A DNA stretch of 64,000 bases from Eledone cirrhosa. Lineage: Eukaryota. Positions 13,853 through 25,981 of this stretch are shown in pieces. The position numbers and the translations under genes were made by a program. The number at the start of each line of letters is the position of its first letter. Position 1 is the stretch's first letter. The notes below the pieces were generated by a model. The model saw nothing but the letters and a program-made list of their open reading frames with translations. It was not told the DNA's origin and searched no databases. The stretch covers positions 70,494,001 to 70,558,000 of the forward strand of contig OZ024742.1 in the NCBI GenBank assembly GCA_964016885.1. Direction: 5' to 3'.

Positions 13853-14613
13853 GCCTCAATAATAATAATCCCATCATCTTTGTCTATTGAAGTAAAGGAT
13901 GTGACCTTGAAAATAAATCAGAGAGAGAGATAAGGTAACATTAAATCGGGCTGATAGACACAGCTAGTTAGTAGAATAGTGAGAAAGATTGTGAGTCGTC
14001 CCAGTTAAGTGAATTGTTACACCTCACAGCTTTGTTGCACTAGCTGGCCTTCTACGAAGTTGCATCTCAAAGGGTTTCTTTAGTGTTTTAATTATCGAGA
14101 CCATAGTCCTATCATGTTGCTGTTGTTGTTACAACTCACACCTATATAGCTTTAGCTGGCCTCCTACGTGGTTGCATCTCATAGGAGGTTTCTCGAGTGT
14201 TTTAATGATAGTCCTATTATAAAAAGACCCACTCCCATCCCTTAGACCGAACACCAGTCTGTTGCAGAAGATAGCCTCAGCTACTGTTGCTATTTAATTT
14301 CTTTCAGTTGATTGGATGCAGCGTCTTGTTGACGCCGCTCTATCTAGAAATCGAACCCACGATTCCAATAACCAACTCACTAGGCCACACGCCTGTCCCT
14401 CATATATCCATGTGTGTGTGTGTAAAGCTATATATATAAGTTAACATGTGGATGAGATACTGAGTCAGCCTTTCCCTCCCGAGAACAGAGACAGCACTTC
14501 AGACGATTGTTAACAACCTCTGATAGTAAGGTTTAGAGTGAAGCTGTGATGACAGAGGATGGTTCCAAGAATTTTGCTTCCTGCAATCGTCTTGGATTTG
14601 TCGCCAATACACC

Positions 14614-14669
<56 letters not shown>

Positions 14670-15699
14670 CGTGTGCGTGTGTTGTAAAGATCGCGAGAAA
14701 AATTATGTGCAACAGCTTGTCAACACTAAACAAAATAATGTACTGGCTACCCCTATATTGTCAAGTTTGGTGGATAATCATACTCGACCTTGAGGGACTG
14801 CCAACAACAGACACGACTTACACCTACGTACGTCTAACTGGCCTCTGGAGGATTTTAATATGAGCCCTGGTCCTATGATACGCACGGGAAATAGAACTCA
14901 ATACAATTTAATCTATTCATCTTTCTTTCTCTCTCCGCTCACACGCACACATAAAAGAAAGGGCCTCTACGAGTTTAGCCAGCTTTCTAGACAGCACCTG
15001 AATTGCTCTCATAGTACATTGTACCATCTTAAGAAAGGGGGGACACATGATGTGGTCCTGCTTGGTATATATTTGATCGTAGGTCAGCAAGATCGGAGCT
15101 AACTTGGATTAAACAACAACGTACATATTTTTTTAAATTTATAATTCACTTATAATTACACAATGCTGGGATAGAATAACGTTGATGTATATATCGACCC
15201 GTAGCTCCTGATGGAGTCGTATGTGTGCCGTACTGACATACGGTGTTTCTTGGGTATATTAAACCTGGTGGGATTCATCCTTCTTCTGGTCAGAACACAG
15301 TTCATTTTTTCCAAGGAAAGAGAGAGAGTATTACAGGGAGGAAGTGAAAAAGAGGTATAAAGGAAGAACTGAACCAGTACTGAACTGGTACTTTTTTATT
15401 GACCACGAAAAGATGAAAGGCTATGTTGACTTCGACTAGATTTGAACTCAGAGAACCGGATAACGGATAGAATCCTTTGCGATATTCATTTCTGTTCTTT
15501 GTGCTCCGAGAACAAATCCCGCAGAGGTCAACTTTGCATTTCACCTTTTTATGGTCAATAAAAAAAAGTACCAGTTCACTACTGGGTCAATCCTTCCTTT
15601 ATATTTCTTTCTCGCTTCCTCTCTGTAATACTCGAAGCTTTTATTGTCTAATTACAGTTACAGGAGAAATAGATGTTATTGCCTAATATAAGTACAACG

Positions 15700-16050
15700 A
15701 ATTCGAAGACTCAGTTTTCATTGAGCAAAATTGTAAATAGAAATTACGTTCGACGGCTCACATTAAATATGGTTGAGTTCAGATGAGTATTCAATCATTC
15801 GCCTCGTGAATTAATCTATTAGAGGTTGAGTATCCCACGGACACGAAATCTTCAGACAGAATCAACATAATACAATATGTATTGGAGCTTTGGGTTATAT
15901 GTGCAATCCATCCTACTGGCTTCCATACACTTTCCGTCCACCCAATTTCACTCACAGGGCTTGGGTCAAGCCAAGGCTATAATAAAGGCACTACGCTATG
16001 AGATCGAACTTGGGACCTCATTCATGACTGCTGAGTGGAATCTTCAACCC
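15700..16050 (-). mobile_element. SINE-D copy (third tRNA-headed family, degenerate)
   Basis: CTCGTGAA(A)TTAA..TGAG..CCAC.GACAC and TTCCGTC..CC.AATTTCACTCACA blocks shared with 41557-41830 and 43930-44255. Confidence 0.6.
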
Positions 16051-16070
16051 TTCAGTTATTACCTGTATGG

Positions 16071-16115
<45 letters not shown>

Positions 16116-16408
16116 CTAAAACTCTCTGACTGCTTGTAATTGTAATGTAATACAACCAAAAGGGCGCATAATGGGAAAATACTTTGAAAGGAAATTGTGC
16201 CCGAAATGGGAATACAAGTTTCGCGTAAATCGAAGCACGGGTTCCCTGAATACCTTCATAAACATAGAGAGAAAGAAGTAGTGGTTGTGTGAGAGTAGAT
16301 TGAAAGAGAGACATAGGAGAATGGAAGAGAGAGAACTGGTGGTGGTGTTGTGTGCGTGGTCTATGACCAGTGTATATAGATCAGGCACCCATATATATAT
16401 ATATATAT

Positions 16409-16447
16409 ATGTATATAATGTGAAATGAAACTGAAGGCCCATATATG

Positions 16448-16491
<44 letters not shown>

Positions 16492-16536
16492 CGTATATAT
16501 ATATGGGCCTTCAGTTTCATTTCACATTATATACAT
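16409..16536. repeat. 128-bp palindrome with (TA)n centre
   Basis: Perfect arms ATGTATATAATGTGAAATGAAACTGAAGGCCCATAT / ATATGGGCCTTCAGTTTCATTTCACATTATATACAT. Confidence 0.9.
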
Positions 16537-16606
16537 GTCTGTGTATATTTGAATTATTTAAAAATGTTTAAGTGAACATGGTTTTTTAAAAATATTTTGA
16601 AGTGAA

Positions 16607-16635
16607 CGTGACCCAACGGGTCACGGGTGGTCTAG
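16607..16635 (+). mobile_element. Helitron 3' terminus (non-autonomous or orphan)
   Basis: Hairpin CGTGACCC-AAC-GGGTCACG, 6 nt, then CTAG followed by T. Confidence 0.7.
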
Positions 16636-17374
16636 TGTGTGTGTCTATATATATATATATAATACACAGACACACACAAACAAACATATAGCATGTGAAG
16701 TGATAATAAAAAAAGGTGTCAACAATGACTTTACTATAGCTCACTGCCCAACATACACTGTGATAGCAACAGCTGGTCTATATACACACGTTAACTACTG
16801 CTGCTGCTCCGGTAGCCGACTTGTGAGAGTGTTAACCTAATAAACAAGTTGCCACAATAAATAACAAATTTAATTCATATTTATAGACTATATATATAGT
16901 GAATGCGTGTGGCTGAGTGGTTAGAGAATTGGATTCACAATCTTGAGGTTGTGAGTTCGATTCCTGGACCGGGCGATACGTTATGTCCTTAAGCAAGACA
17001 CTTTATTTCACGTTGCTCCTTCTACCTGGAGTTGCGACCGATAGATAGTAATAGCAACTGGAAAGACCAACGGAAACTGTTTCCTAGGTCCGATTTCACG
17101 AAAGTCGATCGATACTTTATATATATATATCAACTTAACATATATATTCTACATGACTTGGATAGCTATCAGCTTACGAAGTACGCGACCCACGTTTGCG
17201 CTGAGAACTACACCATAACTTATTGGATAAAGTATATGTTTATGTATGTACGTACGTATGTGTGTGTTTGTATACATACATATAGAGATGTGTAATGTTA
17301 ATGAACTACAAAATCCTGATGTGTTGAAAGAAAATCTGAGTAAAAATGGATTTATATGTGAATATAGTAGGGTG

Positions 17375-17560
17375 AATAAGTGCCAGAAGTTCCATGTGGA
17401 AGAAAACCAAATAAACCTTAGGCTGGAATGATGAGAGCTGATCTCAGGATGCTGAACCTCACAAAGTAGTTGAGAGAGGAAAGAAACTAGTAGACACTGT
17501 ACTGGAGAAGATATATCTAAACTATGCAAGCATGGAAAAATGATTGTAAACAAGATGATG
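17375..17560 (+). mobile_element. RTE-clade LINE 3' remnant
   Basis: KCQKFHVEE (related piece 19752-19838 reads KCQEFHVGGRCGRKP..EVMRADL); ends in ATGCAAGCATGGAAAA..GATGATG tail. Confidence 0.55.
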
Positions 17561-17889
17561 CTATGTATATATGTTAGAAAGGCCATTCAGCCTTAGAAAG
17601 CAAGTCAAAATGGACCGTACAAGCAGGATGTGGTCACCAGACATGTCTAACCAATGCAAGCATGGAAAAAGAAACACTAAATGCTGATGACGATAATGCA
17701 CACACACGCAGATATATATATATTGTTATAATTTGGGAGGGTCATGTTGCCAATAAGAAACACACGCACCAGTTGCTTTCACTTCAATTTATTATATATT
17801 TATAAATTTATAAATTTACAAATCTACAAATTTATAAATTTCTGGTTGGTTGGTTGGTTGGTTCCACAACCAGATAGTTGTTTATATAT

Positions 17890-17934
17890 AGTCATAGTCC
17901 TTTCGTCACACACTCTGTGACCTCTTCAGTGACT
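17890..17934 (-). ncRNA. Type I hammerhead ribozyme (left arm)
   Basis: Reverse complement of 18499-18543. Confidence 0.75.
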
Positions 17935-18498
17935 GGGGATTCCTTTGTTTCTGTGCCTTTCCTTTCTTCTGTCCTACGCCATTTTGTTTCTGTGTGTGTG
18001 TGTTGTGTGCTCAGTTTGCGCATGCGCCACATCCGGGTGTCTGTGTGTGTTTGTGTTCATTTATCTATTTGTTTATTTATTTATTTATTTATTTACATGT
18101 TATTGGTTGGTTGTTTGTTCTATGTGTGTGTGTGTTTTCATTTTGTCCTTAATTGTAAGTTGTGATGTTGCTGTTCCACTCATATTTTCTATTTTAGACA
18201 AATTACAGAGGCAATAAACATAAAAGAAAATTAAATAGAAAATATGAGTGGAACAGCAACATCACAACTTACAATTAAGGACAAAATGAAAACACACACA
18301 CACATAGAACAAACAACCAACCAATAACATGTAAATAAATAAATAAATAAATAAATAAACAAATAGATAAATGAACACAAACACACACAGACACCTGGAT
18401 GTGGCGCATGCGCAAACTGAGCACACAACACACACACAGAAACAAAATGGCGTAGGACAGAAGAAAGGAAAGGCACAGAAACAAAGAAAGGAATCCCC

Positions 18499-18543
18499 AG
18501 TCACTGAAGAGGTCACAGAGTGTGTGACGAAAGGACTATGACT
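18499..18543 (+). ncRNA. Type I hammerhead ribozyme (right arm)
   Basis: agtca-CTGAAGA-g-gtcaca gagtg tgtgac-GAAA-G GA C-TA-tgact; 5-bp stem I, 6-bp stem II, CUA triplet. Confidence 0.75.
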
Positions 18544-20029
18544 ATATATAAACAACTATCTGGTTGTGGAACCAACCAACCAACCAGAAATTTATAAATT
18601 TGTAGATTTATAAATTTATAAATATATAATAAATTGAAGTGAAAGCAACTGGTGCGTATGTTTCTTATTGGCAACATGACCCTCCCAAAGTATAACAATA
18701 TCGGTTTCAACACACGATTTCAGATAAAGAATCTTGCTAAACAAATTCAGAAACGAAATATATATATATATATATAAGACAATGACACACGACCGTGACT
18801 TCTGGTGTCACGCAGTAATACAGAGTACCCGACCTCCCATGGGTACATGCTGAAGCATATAAACAATATGCCCCCACACCCCAGGGTGGTCGTGGAGGTG
18901 CCACGGCAAAAAAGCACCCAGCCCACACTGTAAAGTGGACGTGTAGGCGCCACGAAAAAGCACCCAGCACTCACTGTAAATGAGGTTGGTGTTAGGAAGG
19001 GCATCCAGCTGTAGAAATCAAGCCAGATCAGTTCCTGTATGAGCAAGGCATGGTCAGCCGACCAGACACTGCACACAACAGGACAACCCGTCTAACCCAT
19101 GCTAGCGTGGAAGAACGGACGTAAAACGGTGGTGATGATGATATATATATCATCAGTGTATGAAGTTGCAGTAAAACAAAGGTATCGAATGTGGAAGATG
19201 TGGAGTGGCTGGAAAGGAATGAGGCAAGCTTGCTTCAAGGGGCGTATATGTAATATTAAGGTATATAAGGTATATATAAGGTATATATATATATATATAT
19301 ATATATCATGTGTTTAGCATCTATTTATATCATCATCACGTTTAACGCCCATTTTCCCACGCTAGCATGGGTTAGACGAGTTGTCCCGTTGTGAGACATG
19401 TCAGATCAGTTGGCCGTGTCATGCTTATACAGAACTCATTTTGGCTTGGTTTCTACACCTGGATTCCCTTCCTAACGCCAACTACATTTACAGTGGGCCT
19501 GGGTACTTTTTATCGTGGCACCAAAACAACAACTTTACAGTGTGAGCTGGACGCTTTTTGGATCCCCAACACGATCACTTTACAGTGGGGACTAGGCGCA
19601 TGTTGTTGTGTATACGTGTTACCAACCAAACCCCTCAACAGGGCAGACTGGGCACCTTCTGTCGTGTCATCAACACAGGACTGGGTGCCTTCTGTCATGT
19701 CAACACCATGGCCACCTTATGAGATATATGTGATGATGATAGTAAGATGAATAAGTGCCAGGAGTTCCATGTGGGAGGAAGATGTGGAAGAAAACCGAAT
19801 AACGCCTAGGCTGAGGTGATGAGAGCTGATCTTCGGATGTGTGTGTGTATACACAATATATTTTTGCTGACTTGCTATCAAACATTACCACCCTTTGTGC
19901 TAAAATGGCAAAGCCAAGACACCACTATCCAATGGAGGACAAAGTTGTATAAATGAAAAGAAAATCGCAACTGCTTTCAGCTATGCGCTGCACTTTTCCT
20001 GTGCCCTCATAAATGAGGAAACTTTTATG

Positions 20030-20064
<35 letters not shown>

Positions 20065-21845
20065 CTTTGATTTTGTACCTAATTATGTATGGTTAACTAT
20101 ATGTCTAGTCAATTTCTACGGGCTATCAGAAATACTAGGTAAATTTTCTGTAGCTGTGAGTCGCAGATAAAAAGCTATATCATTTTATCTATTGTTTCTT
20201 CATAAGTATATTTTAAACTTATAGCCTCGTTTAACTGATTTTTTTTTAACTGATTTATGCTGATTGAGAGAAGAAATACTGTATATATTTTGTCTAATGA
20301 TTCTATGGACTTACTTTACACACACAGAGAGAGAGACTCTTCAGCTGTGTCAAAGACATGACAACTTGCCATGATGGTGATTTAATACACTTGGTAGAGC
20401 ATGGAAATCTTATGTAAATGTGATGTTTGCCCCCGGCCTGCTCAAGCACCTGGTACACTGGGAGAACATAAGTGACCAAGACAGGTCCCCAGCCCATCTT
20501 AGGAGTCAGTCATCCTGCTTGAGTTCCATCTTGGTTTGCAGCAAATAGTCCAATTCTTGCTAGCAGGGAAAACAGATGTTAAATGTTGATTATATATCAT
20601 CATCATCAAAAATCTATTTTCTATGTTTGCATGGGTTAGATGGGTGTCATATGCTGAGTCCAGATCAGTCAAGTGACTAGGTCCTGCTCATAAGCTTTGT
20701 TTGGGGCTTGGTTTCTATAGCTGAATGCTCTTCTGGAAGCATCTGATCGTGATTTCAACACTATCCCTCTTACAGAATGGACTGGGTGCTTTTAAAGTTA
20801 CACCAGCACTATTTCATTACAGCACTAAAGTGCTTAGAGTACATGGTATGCTAGGTGGTTGAGGCTGGGATCCATCACTATATATATGTATATATATATT
20901 GGGTGCATTTTATGGCACCTAGAAAGGTTGACATGTTTTTGATGAAAGGAAGGGCATCCAGCCATAGAAAATTTGCCAAACAAAGGGTTGATAAAACTCT
21001 TCTGTTGTGTCAACAACATAACACCCTTAGTTTTGGTGCCATAATACAATGCACCCATCCAACCCTTGCTAGCAGGGAAAATAGGAACAATACATATTTA
21101 AATTCATATATTACCATCATCATCGCAAGCCCATTTCCATGCTGGCATGGGTTGGATTAATCATTACAGTTTGATCCAAATTAGTTCTTATTTGGAGTTA
21201 TTGCTCTCCTTGACAGGTCAGCAAACCATGTCTTGCTACTACATTCCAATTTTGGCATAGTTTCTACAGCTCAGTACCCTTATTGACACCAACTACTTTA
21301 TGAAGGACATTGAGTACATTCTATCATAGCCCCAACATTAGATAGCTTGCTGTGTCTTTGATGCTGTGTCAAAAGTAAAAGATTGCTATCATTTTCACAG
21401 TTAGAAAAAATACTACTAAGAGAAGTGAGAAAGGAGGCATGCACACAAATTAAAACCTTGCCTTTACAACCAAATATTTACATGGCCTGTCTGTGGCTGA
21501 AACACATCAAGGATTGTCATCAAAGGATCCACAATTGAAGAAGATGGACATCATTGAATTTCAATAGAAAACCACAACCAAGCAAAACATGGAATATAAC
21601 AGAGGATGATAGATGAGAGGGTAACAAGCAATGAAATAGATAGAAGCATGAGCTCCATCAGTATTATTTTAATGATCTCCATAAATTTGGGAATAAGTTG
21701 AGAATCAGTCTCAACTGGTACTTATATTCTCAACAACAGAAGAATGAAAGACAAAGGAGGACATAATGAGATTTTTAATTAAACTACAGTATTGTGATGC
21801 CATGGAGAGACAGTGTAGAGTGTAATATTTTGAAGAGAGAGACTG

Positions 21846-21940
21846 TATAGAGGAGTGATGTGTGCATAGAGAGGAGTGATGTGTGCATAGAGAGGATATG
21901 ATGTGGTGGAGAGAGTGTATAGTGGATATGATGTGGTGTA
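21846..21940. repeat. 21-bp minisatellite grading into a related unit
   Basis: AGAGGAGTGATGTGTGCATAG x2 plus GGATATGATGTGGTG variants. Confidence 0.7.
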
Positions 21941-22659
21941 GTGAGTGTGATGTAAAAGAAAATTCCTGTTTCTTTCTTTCTGTATCATTTCAATATTTTT
22001 TCTAATTTACACTTATTCTATATATAAATACAGACATTATCATTGTCATTGATATGCACATACATGCAACATCATTTAACGTCCATTTTTCCATGGTACA
22101 TGGGTATTTATATAGTCTATATGAGTATGTATATAAATGCAGAAATGTAAACAAAAGAATGCTGAGTGCCAGATGTATCCATGGTGCTAATAATTGGAAG
22201 CTGATTGTGGATTTGGAGGAAGTGCTCACAGTATCAAGCTATATTGCAATAATATAGCAATGGCATGACCTTATGAAATGCCTGGGAGAGCGGCGCAGCA
22301 TATACTTGGTTTTTCTTTCAGCTAGTGTGTGCACTGATGTTTAGTCCACACTGTAAAGTGGTCGTCTAAGTGTCATGACAAAAAGCACCTAGTACACACT
22401 ATAAATGTGGTTGGCGTTAGGAAGGGCATCCAGCTGTAGAAACCAAATTAAAATCAGTTCAGCATGAAGAAAACAGTCCTTCAACGTGGCTTGTCTCACA
22501 ATGGGACAGCTTTTCTAACCCATGCCAGCATGGAAAATGGACGTTAGACGATGGTGATGATGATGATACATCCCTTGTGATGGCAAAACAAACTTCTCTT
22601 CTTAACCACATAATTATGCCTGCATCTTCGCATTGTACATGTATGCATGTATTGTATGT

Positions 22660-23055
22660 GACATTTTACCTTCCATGTTCCCATGCTTGCATGAGTTAGG
22701 TAGGTATTCTTTAGCACAGCATCATGCCACTTGTTGCAGCCCCTTGTGTTATTTTCTAGATCAGTTTTCACTCCTCCTCTTGTATTCCTATCTAGCAGGT
22801 TCTTTCCACTTGGATCACTTGGCACTACTTTATCTAACGGTCACCCTCCATAGTTACCAACTTAGTCTTCTCTCTTACCATACCATATCTGCTCCTTCGT
22901 GTACTCACTTTTTCTTTCAGCTCGTGTGTGCACCAATTTTTATATACCTTAATATTACATATACACCCCTTGAAGCAAGCTTGCCTCATTCCTTTCCAGC
23001 CACTCCACATCTTCCACATTCGATACCTTTGTTTTACTACAACTTCATACAACTG
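22660..23055 (-). mobile_element. Decayed RTE-clade LINE 3' fragment
   Basis: Minus strand NVEDVEWLERNEASLL..ICN resembles the RTE C-terminal region; ends in CTAACTCATGCAAGCATGG tail. Confidence 0.55.
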
Positions 23056-23837
23056 TAGAAATCATATAATCTGCCCTTCACTAGGAGAGAGAATCCCTTT
23101 TTACAGAATGAGTAGCACCCTGAACGTTTTCTACTCTGGCTACTATGCTTTCGGAATAGCCTCCTCTACAACTAATTAGGTCACCTAGGTAACAGAAGCT
23201 ATTGAAAGTATTTATTTTGTGAGCACTCTTACTGTTAACTATTCCAGTGCATCAACTACACAAAAAGTCTACCAGCTTGCCTCTGATCTCGTGCACCCAT
23301 TGTTTATATAAGATACATTTTATGGAATTCTTACCCACTACGTTTCTGCATATCGAGCATAGCCAGATAGCAATATAGTCTAGAGTCCTGTCTTCTTCCC
23401 TGCTAATTAAAACTTTAGCTGGATTTATTTTAAGACCTCTTCTAGGCTTTGCTTACACTATGTTAAATATTATAATATAGCTGACAGCACAACACTAGGG
23501 AAAATGTCCGTATATCCTTCAAGAGAGTATGGATGTGGAGTATATTTCCACGACTGGAAGTGAACTCACAACCATCATGCTCAGGATGTTAGCCGTGATA
23601 CATATGGTAATATATAACGGGAAGAGATTTTTAGTGAATGTAAGTTTTTATGAGGTGAAGAGACTGGCGGAGACTTGATAGGGTGAGAGAGAATATGTTT
23701 ATGTGTACGAAAAAGAAACATTGAGTGCGTAGAGAGAGAATGAATGCATGATTAAATATGCGTGTGCTCCTAAAAGAGATATGTGTGCTAAAGAGAATAC
23801 GTGTAATATATGAGAGCTTTGTATATATGTGTATGTG

Positions 23838-23927
23838 TTATATATATATAAATATATATAAAAATATATATATAAATATATATAAATATAAATATATAAA
23901 TATATAAATATATATATAAATATATAA

Positions 23928-23958
<31 letters not shown>

Positions 23959-24185
23959 AATATATAAATATGTAGATAAATCTACCAAGAGTTTACGGTA
24001 TATAAATATATATAATATATATATAAATATATATAATATATATATAAATAATATATATATAAATATATATAATATATATATAAATAATATATATATATAT
24101 ATAATATATATATAAATATATATAATATATATATAAATATATATAATATATATATAAATATATAAATAAATATGTATATATAAAT
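23838..24185. repeat. AT-rich (TA)n-derived array
   Basis: Direct reading. Confidence 0.95.
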
Positions 24186-25169
24186 GTGTGTATACACAAC
24201 ACACAACACACACACACACGTATGTGTGATACTGTGTGTGTAAAACAGGAAAGTGTATGATCAACAAACCAACCGAATTATTTCCTCGCCAACTGTTGTA
24301 TACCCACAACAAAATAGAAGATCTTTTAGCTTTAGTAGGATTCCACTACACCATAGGACTTATTGATGTTCTATAGTAGCACAAGCTTTCATTAATTTCA
24401 CTGTCACACCATACACTCTTGCATCTAGTTTACATCAGTTAGATAAATATGTGTTAACTGAAATTAGCTCCATATTTCATGGTTTGATTAGCAAATCTTA
24501 GAGCTCTTTCGAGAAAAGAATTAATGCTACATCTCAATCCCTCCATTTCTCTCTATCCTCCATAGAAATACTTGCTTTAGTTTATATTATATACAAATCA
24601 GAATGAAGGTTAGCGACTGCAAAATCATATAATAATAAATACGCTTTACAGGATCTGCCAACGATTTCTCTATCGCTGGATAAAGCACAGATATATATTT
24701 CGTTTATATAACTTTATACAATTGAAAAATAATGAACACCACAGCATCTCATTTTCCTTCTTGTGAAAGAAATGAGTATCGACTATCTCGTTAACCGTAT
24801 TTTCCTTTTTGTGACGATGGTAATGATGATACTGACGATGATGGTGGAGAAAGCTAAAAGACCTAGCTGCATTTAAAAAATGCCTGAGAGAAAATGAGTA
24901 CTCGGCCGAATCTAAATTGATAACGTCAGTACGAATAATAATTTTTAATATAGACACAAGACAAGAATTTTTGTTTTCTGTTGGGGGGGAGGGGGAAATC
25001 TACACCAGTACGTAAATAGTACATTATTTTATTGGCGATGGAAGGACGGAAAGTAAAGTTGATCTCGACGAAATTTTAACTTGAAATATAAAGGGCCGAA
25101 ACACATACCGAATGCAATTCTCTCCAATATTCTAACGATTCTGCCAATCTACTGCCATAATAATAATAA

Positions 25170-25221
<52 letters not shown>
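25170..25221. repeat. (AGT)n microsatellite
   Basis: Direct reading. Confidence 0.95.
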
Positions 25222-25222
<1 letters not shown>

Positions 25223-25575
25223 ATAATAACAACAATAATAACTTTAAATCAAGCATTAACGCCATATATTCCTTCTCGGTCCAAATTCAATAATTCAATA
25301 ATAGTAATAATAATAGATGAGAATATGAAGATCTGAATGTGAAACAGGCTCCACAATAAAGTAGCAACAGTTAATTATAATAAACAACAGACGTTGGCAA
25401 GTATTACATAATATAAAACGCCACCACTTAGACTGTTTCTCTGTGGGTGACACAACATTTAGAGGGAGATAATTTAGGTTGTTAACAGGCTTTTGTTTTT
25501 CTTTAATAAATTACAACAAATAGATTTAGCAAAACCATTATATATATATATACACACACATACATATATACATAC

Positions 25576-25617
<42 letters not shown>

Positions 25618-25950
25618 GTTAGCATTGATGGTCGCGAGAATGAGTACACAATACTATACTAGAGATTAATTAGCCTAGTCTGATGGCCCTGCAAGTACAC
25701 AGGAAAAATTAAAGAGCAACAAGACTCAAGCTTGGCCTTAATTTATATATATATACACACATATATAAATACACACGCGCATATGTATATATACACACGC
25801 GCATATGTATATATACACATACGCATATATATATATACACACACACACACACAAGCATATCTATACACACACGCATATATATATATATAATAAATAAATA
25901 CACACACGCATATATGTATGTATATATATATGTATATATGTGTATGTATA

Positions 25951-25981
<31 letters not shown>

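Larger units (their letters stand above)
17720..18701. mobile_element. Head-to-head inverted Penelope-like 3' ends (~470-bp arms, 38-bp spacer)
   Basis: Arms 17720-18194 and 18233-18701 are near-perfect reverse complements; spacer plus right arm encode a GIY-YIG-like C-terminus (RQITEAINIKE..LNRKYE); each arm has a hammerhead. Confidence 0.85.

Noticed and set aside
17878-18555. Mirror-image ORFs on both strands
   Set aside because: A consequence of the inverted repeat and low-complexity sequence.
23788-24312. YI-rich, CV-rich and FS-rich ORFs here and at 6335, 11654, 30172, 39713
   Set aside because: Translations of microsatellites.
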